64,000 nt of DNA from an uncultured delta proteobacterium (GCA_963840855.1 CAWJBB010000061.1:32001-96000); one strand, 5' to 3'. Positions 1 through 11,044 are shown, counted from the stretch's first letter. Notes: a model not told the origin generated them from the sequence alone. Translations and numbers: made by a program.

Positions 1-791
1 AGTGATAGTGGCGATTCCCTCCTCAGCATATATCCGAGCGGCGCGCCCTTTTTGATTCGCGGTGGATAGTGATGTGCGTAACAGGTAAAGCAAGCGGCCG
101 CTTGGCCGGCCACGAGGAATTCGGCGAGCTCGGAATGACCCTTGTGAAACTCAACATTGTTGGCGGCAATCTCTTGAGAAGGTCGATGGCTTTCTCATCG
201 TTCTTGAATTTATGCCGCGCCAGACCGAGTCAACAATTCCAGGTCCCGTCGTTCGCCAATCAACTTTGCCCTTCCATTTGGGATCGGCAAAGTCATCGAA
301 TTGCTTGGGCTCGTCCTCTTTCTTGACCAAGTTCGTATTCCAAGAAGCGGTAATGATCACCATGTCTGCGGCCAGCCAGATTGGGCCTCTTAAAATTTGC
401 TGGATAGGCCGCGGCTTCGGGCGGAAGCTATTCGACGCCAGCTTTTGTTCAATCACCTGCAGGACGTTTTCAAGCGCCATTTGAAAAATATCGGCGAAAA
501 CCCGACCGCCGCGTGCTTCGGTGATCGCTCTGGCGGCGAGCTTGTCCGCAGTGGCGTCGACGTGGTTGACCTTGAGTCCCGGAAAACGCTTCTCGAACAC
601 TGGCAGAATTCTCTCTGCGTTGATTTGCGCCAGGGTGCCGTAGAAATTAACCGTCCCTCCTTCCTTGAGCGCTGCCTTGTGAAGCTTCGTCCAGGTCTGG
701 GCGCCCGCCGTCGAGAATGCCGCAAAAAGCAAATAGCCCAAGCCGAAAGGACGAAATGTTTGCAAGAAAGCAGACCGGCCAGTTCTGGCAT
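1..791 (-). CDS. ABC transporter substrate-binding protein (iron/thiamine-type), frameshifted, 3' end outside the window
   Basis: Close paralog of 846..1862 (shared NHVDAT.DKL.ARAITEARGGR). Bases 1-160 in another frame read NVEFHKGHSELAEFLVAGQAAACFTCYAHHYP. Several indels. ATG at 791 has a GAGGAA Shine-Dalgarno (SD). Confidence 0.75.
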
Positions 792-845
792 AAGTTCCTC
801 ACTGTAATTATGCCGGCCTATGGAATCCAGTCGTTAAGCGTACGA

Positions 846-1862
846 TCATCTAAGCTTGAATACTTCCTTCCAAACTTTCTCGTACTTGGTGTATTGCTTC
901 AGGTCCTCCACGCCAACCGGATAGATGGCCTTCGGGCGGATGGGCTCGGTGGGTTCCACCTTCGGGTGGGCCGGCGTTCTACCGCCCTTCGCGTAGATAG
1001 CTTGCCCTTCTTCCGACGCCGCCCAACGAGTAAATAGCCACGCCGTGTTGGGATGGGGCGCATTCTTCATGACCGCCACTGCGATAATTCCAGCAGCGCC
1101 TTCAGATAGCATGTAATCCACGGGTGCCCCTTTTTTCTTGCGTGCCGGGTAATGATGCGAGTAGCAAGTGAAACACGCCGCCGCCTGGCCGGCGACTAGT
1201 AGCTCGGCGAGCTGTGAATGCCCTTTGTGGAATTCAACGTTGTTTGCTGCGATCCTCGCGAGTACAGCCCGGGCCTTCTCCAAGCTCTTATGCTTGTGCG
1301 TCAGGCCGATGAGAATTTCATAATCCCTCGGTTCCGCAATGAGGCGCCCTTTCCAGCGCGGCTCCCCGAAATCGTCCAAAAATTTCGGCTCCTCCTCTTT
1401 TTTGACCTTTTCCGTATTCCAGGCACCGATGAAGAAGATCAGGTTATTGGCAACCCAGTAGGGACCTCTTAAATTCGCCGGATACTGGGCAGCTTCCGGC
1501 GGAGCTTTCTCCAAAATCAGTCCCTGCTCGTGAATCTTGTTGATATCTTCCAGACCGAATTCAACCACGTCCGCAATGGTCCTTCCCCCTCGAGCTTCCG
1601 TAATAGCCCGCGCCGAGAGCTTGTCCGACGTGGCATCGACGTGATTAATTCTTATGCCGGGAAATCGCTTCTCGAACAGTGGGTAAATTATTTCCGCGTT
1701 GATCTGCGCGAGGGAACAGTAGCAATTGAGAACCTTCTCTTCCTTCAGCGCCTTCTTGTAAAGTTCATCGATGGTTTCAGTCTGCGCTTTCAGTGCGGAT
1801 GGAAAAACTAGAAATAATAGCGATACTAGCGTGCCGAGTGTTTTTTTTAAGGTTATCGACAT
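846..1862 (-). CDS. ABC transporter extracellular solute-binding protein (iron/thiamine-type)
   Basis: Signal peptide, WNT..VK, PRWKGRL and KNAPHPNTAWLFTRW..SEEGQ motifs. ATG at 1862 follows AAAGGAAAGG. Confidence 0.85.
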   Translation of the reverse strand: MSITLKKTLGTLVSLLFLVFPSALKAQTETIDELYKKALKEEKVLNCYCSLAQINAEIIYPLFEKRFPGIRINHVDATSDKLSARAITEARGGRTIADVVEFGLEDINKIHEQGLILEKAPPEAAQYPANLRGPYWVANNLIFFIGAWNTEKVKKEEEPKFLDDFGEPRWKGRLIAEPRDYEILIGLTHKHKSLEKARAVLARIAANNVEFHKGHSQLAELLVAGQAAACFTCYSHHYPARKKKGAPVDYMLSEGAAGIIAVAVMKNAPHPNTAWLFTRWAASEEGQAIYAKGGRTPAHPKVEPTEPIRPKAIYPVGVEDLKQYTKYEKVWKEVFKLR

Positions 1863-1906
1863 ACTTATTCCTTTCCTTTTTTCCTGCAAAATTTACCCTG
1901 CATACC

Positions 1907-2980
1907 CTACTTCTTACCTTTCAAGACGCCTTGCAACTTGCCTTTCAACTCCGGGCTCATGCCCAGAAACTCGACCACGAGTTTGTGGATCTCCTCGCCG
2001 ATCATCGGATCGATTTCCAGCTTGCCTTTGGTGGCGTCCGCCTGAAGCTCTTTATCGCTAAAAACCCTTTCAAAGGCCTTTTCCAACGCGGCAGCCCGGT
2101 CCGCCGGGGTGCCTGGCGGGACGACGTACACCTTGCCGAAATCGTTGGGCGTGCTCGTGCCGAATTTCAACAGCAGGCGGTGCTCGTTATTCTTGGTGAG
2201 TTGTGGAATGGTCGGAACGTTGGGCACGATCAGGTCCTTGATCGGCTTCTCCCCGAGTTGCGCGAGCAAGACCCATTCGCCGCTTTTCATTTTGTCAAAC
2301 GAAGTAATCTTTAGAGAGGTGTACGAATTGAACAATCCATCGACCTCGCCCGAGTCGATCGCCATGCGCACATCAGCGGTTCCTTTGTAGCCCAACACCA
2401 TTTTTACATTGGCGCCGAGTATATCCCGCGCCAATATCGGCGCATGCTCCACCGTCGATCCGGGTATACCGCCAACGACAACCTGTTTGCCGTTGGGACC
2501 GAGCAACTCTTCGAACTTGGTCACGCCGGGTTTTTTCGTGGCGATAAAAATATAGGTCTCGCTCACCGGCACGGCGAGATAACGAAACTTCGCCATATCG
2601 AACTGAATCGCCGGATTGCCGAACAATTGCTCCAAAATGATTGGACCGGAGATATTACCGACTACCGTCCCGTCTTTGGCCACGGTGTTGTAGACATGAT
2701 TGGCCGCGATGATACTGCCGGCCCCCGCCATATTGTCGACAACGATGGCTGGATTGCCGGGGATGTACTTTGAAAGATGGCGTCCGATCAACCTCGAGTA
2801 CTGGTCGTAGCCGCCCCCCGCTGAAAAGCCGACGATGATACGGAGCGTCTTGCCGCGGTAAAAGTCCGCGACTTTTTTCTCATCGTAGCCCGCGCCTGGC
2901 GCCTGGCCGGCGAAACTGACGCCTAGACTGGCCAGGAAAACCATAACAGTCAAACCTCTAAAAATCCGTCCGCTCCTCAT
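1907..2980 (-). CDS. Tripartite tricarboxylate transporter substrate-binding protein (TctC/Bug family)
   Basis: IIVGFSAGGGYD, NMAGAGS, GYKGTADVRMAIDSGEVDG and VPPGTP motifs, with a signal peptide. Confidence 0.9.
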   Translation of the reverse strand: MRSGRIFRGLTVMVFLASLGVSFAGQAPGAGYDEKKVADFYRGKTLRIIVGFSAGGGYDQYSRLIGRHLSKYIPGNPAIVVDNMAGAGSIIAANHVYNTVAKDGTVVGNISGPIILEQLFGNPAIQFDMAKFRYLAVPVSETYIFIATKKPGVTKFEELLGPNGKQVVVGGIPGSTVEHAPILARDILGANVKMVLGYKGTADVRMAIDSGEVDGLFNSYTSLKITSFDKMKSGEWVLLAQLGEKPIKDLIVPNVPTIPQLTKNNEHRLLLKFGTSTPNDFGKVYVVPPGTPADRAAALEKAFERVFSDKELQADATKGKLEIDPMIGEEIHKLVVEFLGMSPELKGKLQGVLKGKK

Positions 2981-3086
2981 GTATCCTCCAGTATTGAACC
3001 TAAATCAGCGCCCCCACTCGCTTGCCCATAGCCACGCCACCAGTTAGACGTACCGCTCTTTGCTCCGCTTCAGGAAAGGGATTTGA

Positions 3087-4058
3087 TTAGAGATTTTCCA
3101 GCCTTTTCAACGTCGCCCCGTAGTCCACGACCGCTTTGTCGATCGGATAGTCGGGCTCGTATCCCAGTTGTTCCTTTGCCCGTGAAAAATCACTGGAGAG
3201 GCGCGACTCAGGATAAGGCATCGGATTATTCGCCCTTTGCAGCTCGATGTTCGAGCCGGGAAACGCCTCGCGAATCGCATCAACAATATCATCGCCGCTC
3301 ACCATACCGGCGTTGCCGATGTGAAAGAGAGTGTCTTTGAACTTGTCTTTGAGCACCGCCAAAACGGTGCCTTTGGCAGCGTCCTTACCATAGAGGATTT
3401 CCGAAGGTCCGTAAGGCCAGCTGATCTTAGCCTTTTCGCCTTTCACCGCCGCGCGAATCATCTGCTGAATGGCAATCTCTCGAGTTGCCTTGAGGGCCGC
3501 CGGAGAGGGGCCGTATAGCCCCCCGGTATAGCGCAGGCAAATAAACTCGAAGCCGTACCGCTTGGCGTAGGCGCGCCCCATGAATTCGCAGCTCGCTTTG
3601 GTGGCGGCATAGACCGACGGAGGGTTCATCGGGATGCTTTCGTCTATTTTGGCAAGCCCCTCGCCAAGGGAACCCAAATAGACGGTGCCCGAACTCGGGA
3701 AGATAACGCGGGATACTTTTTCCAAGCGCGCGGCTTCGAAGACGTTTACCGTCCCCATGAAGTTCAAACGCACGCCGCTGTACGGGCGGCGCTGCACTTC
3801 TTCGCCAAGGAACGCGGCCAGGTGAATGATCCGGTCACAGTCATTGTCGCGCAGGGCCGAAATAATCGCGGGTAGATCCATCATGTCGCCGCGCACCAAG
3901 GCTACCTTGCTTGGGTCCACCCCCACGGCGCTCAGCAACCGTTCATTGAGCGCCACGTCGAATACGACCGGTCGCTCGCCCCGCTCCAGCAACATGCCAA
4001 CGGCGTAAGCGCCAACCAAACCGGTTCCACCCGTAACCAATATGCCCTTTTGTGCCAT
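3087..4058 (-). CDS. NAD-dependent epimerase/dehydratase (extended SDR)
   Basis: LVTGGTGLVG, IHLAA and YAATK (YxxxK) motifs. Confidence 0.9.
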   Translation of the reverse strand: MAQKGILVTGGTGLVGAYAVGMLLERGERPVVFDVALNERLLSAVGVDPSKVALVRGDMMDLPAIISALRDNDCDRIIHLAAFLGEEVQRRPYSGVRLNFMGTVNVFEAARLEKVSRVIFPSSGTVYLGSLGEGLAKIDESIPMNPPSVYAATKASCEFMGRAYAKRYGFEFICLRYTGGLYGPSPAALKATREIAIQQMIRAAVKGEKAKISWPYGPSEILYGKDAAKGTVLAVLKDKFKDTLFHIGNAGMVSGDDIVDAIREAFPGSNIELQRANNPMPYPESRLSSDFSRAKEQLGYEPDYPIDKAVVDYGATLKRLENL

Positions 4059-4279
4059 AAGCCGTCCGTCCTTGTTAGGACTGGCTATAACAATCAATGC
4101 CTTGAGTCAACGTGTTTGCGCGCCTCCAGTTTCGCACGTCGAGTCCTCTAGATTTGACGACTTGAATGTTTGGAACAAGCGCGATCAGCGCGAGCGCAGC
4201 CATTGTGGTCGCCTTGACCCGTCGCAACCGATATGCAAACTTGGCTGCGCTCGTCTAACAAACCGGAGGGAATTCTATC

Positions 4280-5269
4280 ATGCCGACAAAGTTGCTGCTC
4301 GTGATAACCCTAGTAGTCAGCATTCTTGCGCCTGCTTATCAGGCCACGGGCCAGGAAAGAATCAGGCTCGCTTGGGCCGGCTTTAGCCCAACCAATAGCC
4401 CGATCTGGGTGATCGAGGATCGAAAGCTCCTGCACAAGCTTGGGGTCACGCCAGAGATCATCGCCATTAACGCAAGCCCAACCGTGCTACAGGCCCTCCT
4501 GGCCAACGAGATCGATGCCGCCAGCATTTCTGTGACTACGCTTACCAGTTCACGCCTCGCGGGGGCAGATACCGTAATGATCGTCGGCGTGGTTCCTACA
4601 TTCGTCGACCACATTGTTTCGTTATCGAACATCACCGCAGTCGAACAACTCAAAGGCAAAACGGCCGGCGTCAATCGTCTCGGCAGCACCTCCGATCTGG
4701 GCTTGCGTCTGGCGTTGAGAAAGCTCGGGATCGACCCGGAGAAAGACGTGAAAATCATTCCCACCGGCGGCACCGCGGAAAGATTCGCGGCGCTTTCAAA
4801 GGGCGTAACTCAGTTCACCATCATCCCGGAACCCTTCTTGACCCAGGCGGAAAAACTCGGCTTCCGCAATCTCTACAACATTACTGATCTCAAGATTCCC
4901 TTTTGGTGGAATGGCATCTTGAGCCGCGAAGCGATCATTAAAACCAAACGGCCGTTAATGCAAAAACTCACTCGCGCAATGGTCGAAGCGATTCATATCA
5001 TCAAGACCGAAAAGGAATACGCTAAGGGGTTGTTCAAAAAGAACCTGGGAGTCTCCGACCCCGAAGGGCTGGAGCGAGCCTACAAAGATTACGCGAACGT
5101 CTTTCCGGAAGTGCCCTACCCGACCCCGGACGGTGTTAAGACTATGTTGGATGATTTGGCGATCAAAAATCCCAAAGCCGCCGCGGCTGACCCGAAGGCT
5201 TTCGTGGACCAGAGCTTAATCACTGAATTGGATAAATCCGGTTTCATCAAACAGCTCTATAAAAAATAG
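4280..5269 (+). CDS. ABC transporter substrate-binding protein (SsuA/THI5/NMT1 family)
   Basis: Signal peptide, LKGKTAGVNRLGSTSD, LGIDPEKDV and a C-terminal DPKAFVDQSLITELDKSGFI. GGAGG SD. Confidence 0.9.
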   Translation: MPTKLLLVITLVVSILAPAYQATGQERIRLAWAGFSPTNSPIWVIEDRKLLHKLGVTPEIIAINASPTVLQALLANEIDAASISVTTLTSSRLAGADTVMIVGVVPTFVDHIVSLSNITAVEQLKGKTAGVNRLGSTSDLGLRLALRKLGIDPEKDVKIIPTGGTAERFAALSKGVTQFTIIPEPFLTQAEKLGFRNLYNITDLKIPFWWNGILSREAIIKTKRPLMQKLTRAMVEAIHIIKTEKEYAKGLFKKNLGVSDPEGLERAYKDYANVFPEVPYPTPDGVKTMLDDLAIKNPKAAAADPKAFVDQSLITELDKSGFIKQLYKK

Positions 5270-5392
5270 CCAAGAGAAAAATCACTCCAATACTCCGACT
5301 CACCAGCAGCGTCGCCATCGGTTGAAATCCCTCGCCCGCGTGCGCTAAGTGAGACCTAGAGCTTCAAACACGAGTACCAGGAGGCAAAACTT

Positions 5393-6223
5393 ATGGTGGA
5401 AGTGCTTAAAGACGAACACGACATGATGCGGTCCGGACTCGGCCGCCTGAGGGGAAAGGTTGCGATAATCACTGGGGCGAATAGCGGCATCGGCCGGGCC
5501 ACCTCAAGGGTGTTCGCGCGCGAAGGCGCGAAGGTCGTTTGTTGCGATATTCAAGAGACCATTGCGCCGCGCATCGACCAACTGATCAAAGAGAAAGAAG
5601 GCGGCGAAGCGGTATTTGCGACCATCGACGTCACCAAGCAAGAAGACTGCGACCGCATGGTCAAAACCGCCCTCGACAGTTTTGGCCGGGTGGATATTCT
5701 CTACAACAATGCCGGCGCCGGTGTTCGCAAAAAAGTGCACGAGCACACCGATGAGGAGTGGAACTTCGTCTTGAACACGAATTTGAACGCCATGTTCCGC
5801 GGTTCCCGCGCCGTGCTGCCCCATTTTATCAAACAGGGCAGCGGCAATATCGTCACCACGGCGTCGACTTTCGGCCTGTTGGCGTCGCCGGAGTATCCCG
5901 GCTACTGCGCTACGAAGGCGGCCATCATCAACTTGACCCGCGAGATGGCGCTCGACTATGGCCCGCTGGGCATAAGAATAAACTGCGTCTGCCCGGGCGC
6001 CATCGAGACGCCCCGCTTCCGAGGGTTTCCGCCCAGGCCCACTCTTGGCGAAGGCATGACCGACGAACAGCGCAAGACTATGGGAGCAAGCAATAAGGCG
6101 CTGCTGCGGATGGGACGTCCGGAAGAGATCGCCTACGGCGTGCTTTTTCTCGTTTCAGACGAAGCATCGTTTGTTACGGGGCATGCATTGGTCGTGGACG
6201 GCGGCCAGACGATAGATGCGTAA
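5393..6223 (+). CDS. Short-chain dehydrogenase/reductase
   Basis: TGANSGIG, NNAG, YCATK and VDGG motifs. AGGAGG SD. Confidence 0.93.
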   Translation: MVEVLKDEHDMMRSGLGRLRGKVAIITGANSGIGRATSRVFAREGAKVVCCDIQETIAPRIDQLIKEKEGGEAVFATIDVTKQEDCDRMVKTALDSFGRVDILYNNAGAGVRKKVHEHTDEEWNFVLNTNLNAMFRGSRAVLPHFIKQGSGNIVTTASTFGLLASPEYPGYCATKAAIINLTREMALDYGPLGIRINCVCPGAIETPRFRGFPPRPTLGEGMTDEQRKTMGASNKALLRMGRPEEIAYGVLFLVSDEASFVTGHALVVDGGQTIDA

Positions 6224-6229
6224 AAAAGA

Positions 6230-6306
6230 TTGGTGTGATGGAGTATTGGAGTGGTGGAGTGATGGGCTGAAACCGTACCCAATACTCCAGTACTCCAACA
6301 TTCCAA
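6230..6306. repeat. 8-nt-period palindromic repeat (TGGAGTRN / NYACTCCA) between convergent genes
   Basis: tggagtat-tggagtgg-tggagtga followed by inverse units cccaatac-tccagtac-tccaacat. Related copies near 5283 and at 16210-16247. Confidence 0.75.
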
Positions 6307-6320
6307 CGGACTGTCCAGTC

Positions 6321-7175
6321 TTATTCGCCGCTGGCGGTGCGCGGAGCGCTTAGCGGCAGATACTCGCCGGCGAAAATAACGATGGCCCCCGCTACGTCGG
6401 TGGCGGTTCTTTCCAGATTGGCGCGCGAGCGGAGATGGGTTCCGAATTCGAGCTGTATCGCGTCGATACCCGTGCCGCGGTGGCTGCCGTAGGTCCGAGT
6501 TGTGTAACCGCCGCTGTAGCGCTGTTCGCGCTCGCCGTCGCCGTTCGAGGGAAATACCTTATAGCCGCTTCTTTCCAGTAACCCCAGAATGCTTTGAGCT
6601 CCTGACAACGCCGCTTTGCCGAAGCGCCGTTCCAGATCGGTGACACTTTTCAAATTGTCCGTGCCGCGAAAGATCGCCTGCGGCTCGGCGCTCTGTCCGT
6701 GGATGTCGAGCAAAAGCCCCTGGCCCCACAGCTTGCGCACATCATCGCAGTGTTGACCCAGCGCCCGGTGATAAGCTTCGTAATAGGGCCGCGCTTCCTC
6801 GGCTTCGTAGGCGCCATCACGGGGACGATTGGCGTCCACATATTTGCGATCAAAATTCGCGATGACAAGAAAAGGCTTCGCGCCGAGCCGCTCCTGCAAC
6901 TTCGCAGCGATCCGCTCGGCCAATTCGCCGGTGTTATGGTCACGTCCGGTAGCAAACTGCGCGACTCCAACTCCCCGGCGCACGGCAACCCCGGGTATAG
7001 CGTCGCGCCCGCCGTGGGGCGCCGATAGAATGATCGGCAACATTCCAGACTCGATAGTTACAAGATTATCGACCGCTCGACGCCCGGCGCCAAGCAATTG
7101 CGCAGATAATAGAATTGATACGACAAAAAAGGAATCAAGGGCAAGGAGGAATTTTGCCGGCGGCTTCATCACCAA
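6321..7175 (-). CDS. N-formylglutamate amidohydrolase family protein, probably exported
   Basis: ILSAPHGG, DANR, LLLDIHG, GGYTTR.YG and AIQLE motifs. Hydrophobic N-terminus, start uncertain. Confidence 0.85.
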   Translation of the reverse strand: MVMKPPAKFLLALDSFFVVSILLSAQLLGAGRRAVDNLVTIESGMLPIILSAPHGGRDAIPGVAVRRGVGVAQFATGRDHNTGELAERIAAKLQERLGAKPFLVIANFDRKYVDANRPRDGAYEAEEARPYYEAYHRALGQHCDDVRKLWGQGLLLDIHGQSAEPQAIFRGTDNLKSVTDLERRFGKAALSGAQSILGLLERSGYKVFPSNGDGEREQRYSGGYTTRTYGSHRGTGIDAIQLEFGTHLRSRANLERTATDVAGAIVIFAGEYLPLSAPRTASGE

Positions 7176-7257
7176 ATATGCAGTCTGGTATTATAAAGTG
7201 CCAAATAATTCTTTTGCGGGCCGCTCCAATAAATATTAGATCCAAGTATTTTCTTCG

Positions 7258-7302
7258 CAACGGTTTGAACTGCTTGAACGTTTGGAACGGCTTGAACGAT
7301 TC
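7258..7302. repeat. 9-nt tandem repeat (xxTTGAACx family)
   Basis: gtttgaact gcttgaacg tttggaacg gcttgaacg. Related arrays near 4160, 20860, 24982 and 35060. Confidence 0.7.
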
Positions 7303-7358
7303 GTAGGAGCGATGCAATCGTGCCAACGAAGTAAACTAACATGTTTCAGCAGCCCCAG

Positions 7359-8216
7359 TTACCGCGTGATAACTCCGTTTAACAATGCCGCGATTCCCGC
7401 ATAACCAGCTACCTGCGCCAGGGTCAGCGCGCTCGTGCCGTCATGGCCGACGTGATGTGGATCGGCACCATGTTCAAGAAGCAAACTAACGATACCGGAG
7501 AAACCTTTCACCGAGGCGATCATCAAAGCGTTGTATCCGCTGTGATCGGCGACGTGGGGCTCGGCGCCGATTTCCAAGAGCAGGCGAACGGCGTCGCGAT
7601 GGCCACGGACAGTGGCGAAGATAAGCGCCGTCCCGCCGTGATTGTCAGCTAGATTTGGATTGGCTCCGGCCCGGACTAGGATGTCGATGACGCTCTGATG
7701 ACCGTAGAACGCCGCTTCCATAATGGGAGTGCGGCCCAGCCAATTACACGCACCGAGATTCGCGCCGTGGCGAATGAGCAGATCCACGACTTCCGTCCGG
7801 CCCATGATCGCCGCGAATAGCAATGGAGTCTCGCCTTTGCCGGTTGCGAAATTGATATCAGCGCCGCGCTCTATCAGCAGCGACACGATTTCCATATAGC
7901 CTGCGTGCGCGGCCAGCGCCAGCACGCTTTCACCGTCGGGGGTGATGGCGTTGACGTTGGCGCCTGACGCGATCAATAGACGCGCAGTATCGAGCCTTGC
8001 CGCTTGTAAGCTGGTTATCAGGGGCGTGAAACCTCGCTCGAAGGTATTAACATCGGCGCCGAGCTTAAGCAGTCTACGAACTTTGTCCGTCTCACCGTTG
8101 TATCCGGCTACCATAATGGGTGGCGCGCCGCAGCCCGCCGGAAAGCATCCCAGTCTTCTTAACAAAGGCAGAACTTTTCCCTCAGAAATCAAGTGTTCCC
8201 TAAGATCCATGCTCAC
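7359..8216 (-). CDS. Ankyrin repeat protein
   Basis: About seven G.TPL..A...G...V.LL...GA.N units. Confidence 0.93.
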   Translation of the reverse strand: MSMDLREHLISEGKVLPLLRRLGCFPAGCGAPPIMVAGYNGETDKVRRLLKLGADVNTFERGFTPLITSLQAARLDTARLLIASGANVNAITPDGESVLALAAHAGYMEIVSLLIERGADINFATGKGETPLLFAAIMGRTEVVDLLIRHGANLGACNWLGRTPIMEAAFYGHQSVIDILVRAGANPNLADNHGGTALIFATVRGHRDAVRLLLEIGAEPHVADHSGYNALMIASVKGFSGIVSLLLEHGADPHHVGHDGTSALTLAQVAGYAGIAALLNGVITR

Positions 8217-8354
8217 AACTCTCCAATAATTCTAAAAATTAACTAAAGAGGCACCGCCTGCCAAAGTTGCCACGTTGTCCGCACAAACTCCCCAGGGCCG
8301 GATCGGATAGTCGCGGTCACGGCCCTAAAGCGATGCGATTCCAAAACTAAAGCG

Positions 8355-9083
8355 CTACTTTGGCTCGGCTATTTTACTCTTGAGCTTGCTTTGAAAATCG
8401 GCGGGAAAAGGTTCGGCTTTAAGCTCCCGGGCACGGGAGGCTTTGAGCCAAGCCTCAGAGTAACGTCCCTGATCGTATAGAGAAATGGCCCATTCACGCC
8501 AGCTCGGCGCATAGTCGGGATCGAGCTCCAGGCTTTCGGAAAATCGCTGGTTGGCGGCGCTGAATTGCTGCGCGCGCTCCAGCTCCCGCTCCCGGGGCAA
8601 GCTCACCGCATACGCTGAACGCACGGCGCCGATATCGGCCAAGAGTTGCACCAATTGCTTCGCATCATTGATCATGAGCTCCCGGGCGGTTTCCAATTGT
8701 TCAATGGCCTCCAAAAACTTGCCCCGCTCGCTCAAGACGGCGCCAAATCCCCAAAACACCCCCGGGTTATCGGGAGCAAGCAGCCAGCCTTCATTAAAGT
8801 ACCGCAGCGCCAGCGCAGATTTCCCGCTCCGGATCGATGCCCATCCTTGCGCCAAGGCCGCGATACTTGCGGCAGTACGGTTGCCGTGTTTGGCAACGGC
8901 GTTCTTGATGAAAACTTCGTCGGCTTTTTTCAGATCGTCCGGTCTTGTGATCGCTGGTTGGCCAAACATCGGAAGAGTGTCTGGATTGGTCTCTTGCGCA
9001 GCGGGCGCAGCCACGGGCAAGATGCAGAGTGCCCAAAAGGCCAAGAGTCTGACGGGACGTGAGCGTAGAAATTTAGTCTTCAT
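8355..9083 (-). CDS. Exported tetratricopeptide repeat protein
   Basis: Signal peptide from ATG 9083 (MKTKFLRS), LPMFG, and TPR-like units such as FNEGWLLAPDNPGVFWGFG and LELDPDYAPSWREWA. Confidence 0.8.
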   Translation of the reverse strand: MKTKFLRSRPVRLLAFWALCILPVAAPAAQETNPDTLPMFGQPAITRPDDLKKADEVFIKNAVAKHGNRTAASIAALAQGWASIRSGKSALALRYFNEGWLLAPDNPGVFWGFGAVLSERGKFLEAIEQLETARELMINDAKQLVQLLADIGAVRSAYAVSLPRERELERAQQFSAANQRFSESLELDPDYAPSWREWAISLYDQGRYSEAWLKASRARELKAEPFPADFQSKLKSKIAEPK

Positions 9084-9433
9084 CAACGTTCCATCGCGCG
9101 AACATATGAGTATCGAATCCCATAAGCCAAAACGTCGGCTGAAGCCGACAACCCAAGCTGTAATATCTCGCGCAAACGCGGGAATCCAGGATGTATCCCT
9201 TCCCCTGTTCAGCCGCGCTCGATGCCCGCCGCAGCCAGCCCTCGACTCCGATCGGGCGCGAATATGACGGACTTTTTTTCGCCCGAAGGCGAGAAGCATC
9301 TAGCCTCCTCTAGAAAAACATGAAAATCGTCTCACTATAGCACGCATACTCCCGTCATGCGCCGTGTTGCGCCTTGACTCGGAAAAGTTTTTCAGGTCTA
9401 TTTTGTCGGCAAGTTAACCTAAAGGAGACGCTA

Positions 9434-10204
9434 ATGATCGACGGACTCAAGGGCAAAGTGGTTATCGTGACCGGCGGCGGACATGGCATCGGGCGGGCGT
9501 ATTGCCACGGTTTTGCCGAAGCGGGCGCCAAAGTCGTCGTCGCGGATATAGACATGCCCGCGGCGGAGAAGGTCGCCGTGGAAGTCGTCAAACAGTATGA
9601 CGGCAAAGCGCTGGGGATTAGAGTCGATGTCGCCAACGAAGACTCGGCAATGGAGATGGCGAAGAAAACCCTATATCATTTCGGCACGATCGACATTCTG
9701 GTTAATAATGCCGCGATCTTCAGCACGATTCCCATGAACCGCGGCGGTATCGACACCATCGATCCGGCCGAATGGGACCGCATGATGTCGGTCAACTTGA
9801 AGGGATTGTTCTATTGCTGCCGCGCGGTTCTGCCGACGATGCGCCAGCACAAGTCGGGTAAGATCGTCAATATTTCTTCCGGCACGGCATTGAATGGCAG
9901 CGCTGGCCGCATTCACTACGTCACTTCCAAGGCCGGTGTGATCGGCTTCACCCGCTGTCTCGCCCGGGAAGTGGGCGACGATAACATCAATGTCAACGCT
10001 ATCGCGCCGGGCTCGACCTTGTCCGAAGAGAACCCGAGTGAAGAAGTGCTCAAGATGCGGGGCGCACGCCTGGCCGACCGCGCTTTGAAGCGAGTACAAC
10101 TACCGAAAGACCTGGTCGGCACAATGCTTTTCTTATCGTCCCCGCTCAGCGATTTTATGACCGGGCAGACGGTTGCCGTCGATGGCGGCGTCGCGTTCTT
10201 ATAG
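9434..10204 (+). CDS. Short-chain dehydrogenase/reductase
   Basis: TGGGHGIG, NNAA, YVTSK and VDGG motifs. AAGGAG SD before ATG 9434. Confidence 0.93.
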   Translation: MIDGLKGKVVIVTGGGHGIGRAYCHGFAEAGAKVVVADIDMPAAEKVAVEVVKQYDGKALGIRVDVANEDSAMEMAKKTLYHFGTIDILVNNAAIFSTIPMNRGGIDTIDPAEWDRMMSVNLKGLFYCCRAVLPTMRQHKSGKIVNISSGTALNGSAGRIHYVTSKAGVIGFTRCLAREVGDDNINVNAIAPGSTLSEENPSEEVLKMRGARLADRALKRVQLPKDLVGTMLFLSSPLSDFMTGQTVAVDGGVAFL

Positions 10205-10222
10205 GGGAAAGGAACGTTCCCC

Positions 10223-11044
10223 ATGGCCGACTACCAGCGCCGGTCAATTTACGTCGGCGATATCAAGTCCCACTTTCTCGAAGCCGGCAGCGGCCCCGAT
10301 CTCGTGCTGCTGCACGGCGGCGAATACGGAGCTTCGGCGGAGATCACCTGGCGCCACAACATTGACGCATTGGCGAAGCGATTCCATGTCATCGCTCCGG
10401 ACATGCTCGGCTGGGGCGGCACGGATAAGATTTATAACTTCTCCGACCCTGCAGGGTACCGCATTAGGCATATCAAACGGCTGCTGGAAATCCTCGGTGT
10501 CGCCAAGGCCTTTTTTGTCGGCAACTCCGCCGGCGGCGGCACCATCCTGCGCGCCTCCGTGCTCGATCCTATTCCCTTCCAAATACAAAAGATGGTCACC
10601 ATTTGCGGCAACGCCAGCGTCTTCAAAACCGTCTCGCAAGGAGACCTGGAAAACTACACGCCGTCGCTGGAGAACATGGCGAAAATCGTAAAACTGCTTT
10701 TTCACGACCCCAGGTGGATCACACCGGGCAACATCCAGGAGCGCTACGACGCTTCCGTCATTGCCGGTGCATGGGAAGCCCTTTCCGCCGCGCGGCTTAG
10801 AAGCCCGGCACACCAGGCACGTTCGACGACCGAAGAATTCGTCAAGAAGCTCTCGCAGCTCAAGATTCCGCTCTTGCTCATGTCCTGCGAGCACGATCCG
10901 CTGAACCAGAAGGATTGGGACGTGAACTTTCAAAAAATCGTCCCTGGCTCAAAGGTGCACCGCTTCATGCATTCCGCCCACGAACCGCAGATCGAAGAGA
11001 CCGAAGAGTTCAATCGGGTGCTCACGGAATTTCTGCTGGGCTAG
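10223..11044 (+). CDS. Alpha/beta fold hydrolase (resembles meta-cleavage product hydrolases)
   Basis: LLHGG, APDMLGWG, a GNSAGG nucleophile elbow and a C-terminal SAHEPQIE His. Confidence 0.88.
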   Translation: MADYQRRSIYVGDIKSHFLEAGSGPDLVLLHGGEYGASAEITWRHNIDALAKRFHVIAPDMLGWGGTDKIYNFSDPAGYRIRHIKRLLEILGVAKAFFVGNSAGGGTILRASVLDPIPFQIQKMVTICGNASVFKTVSQGDLENYTPSLENMAKIVKLLFHDPRWITPGNIQERYDASVIAGAWEALSAARLRSPAHQARSTTEEFVKKLSQLKIPLLLMSCEHDPLNQKDWDVNFQKIVPGSKVHRFMHSAHEPQIEETEEFNRVLTEFLLG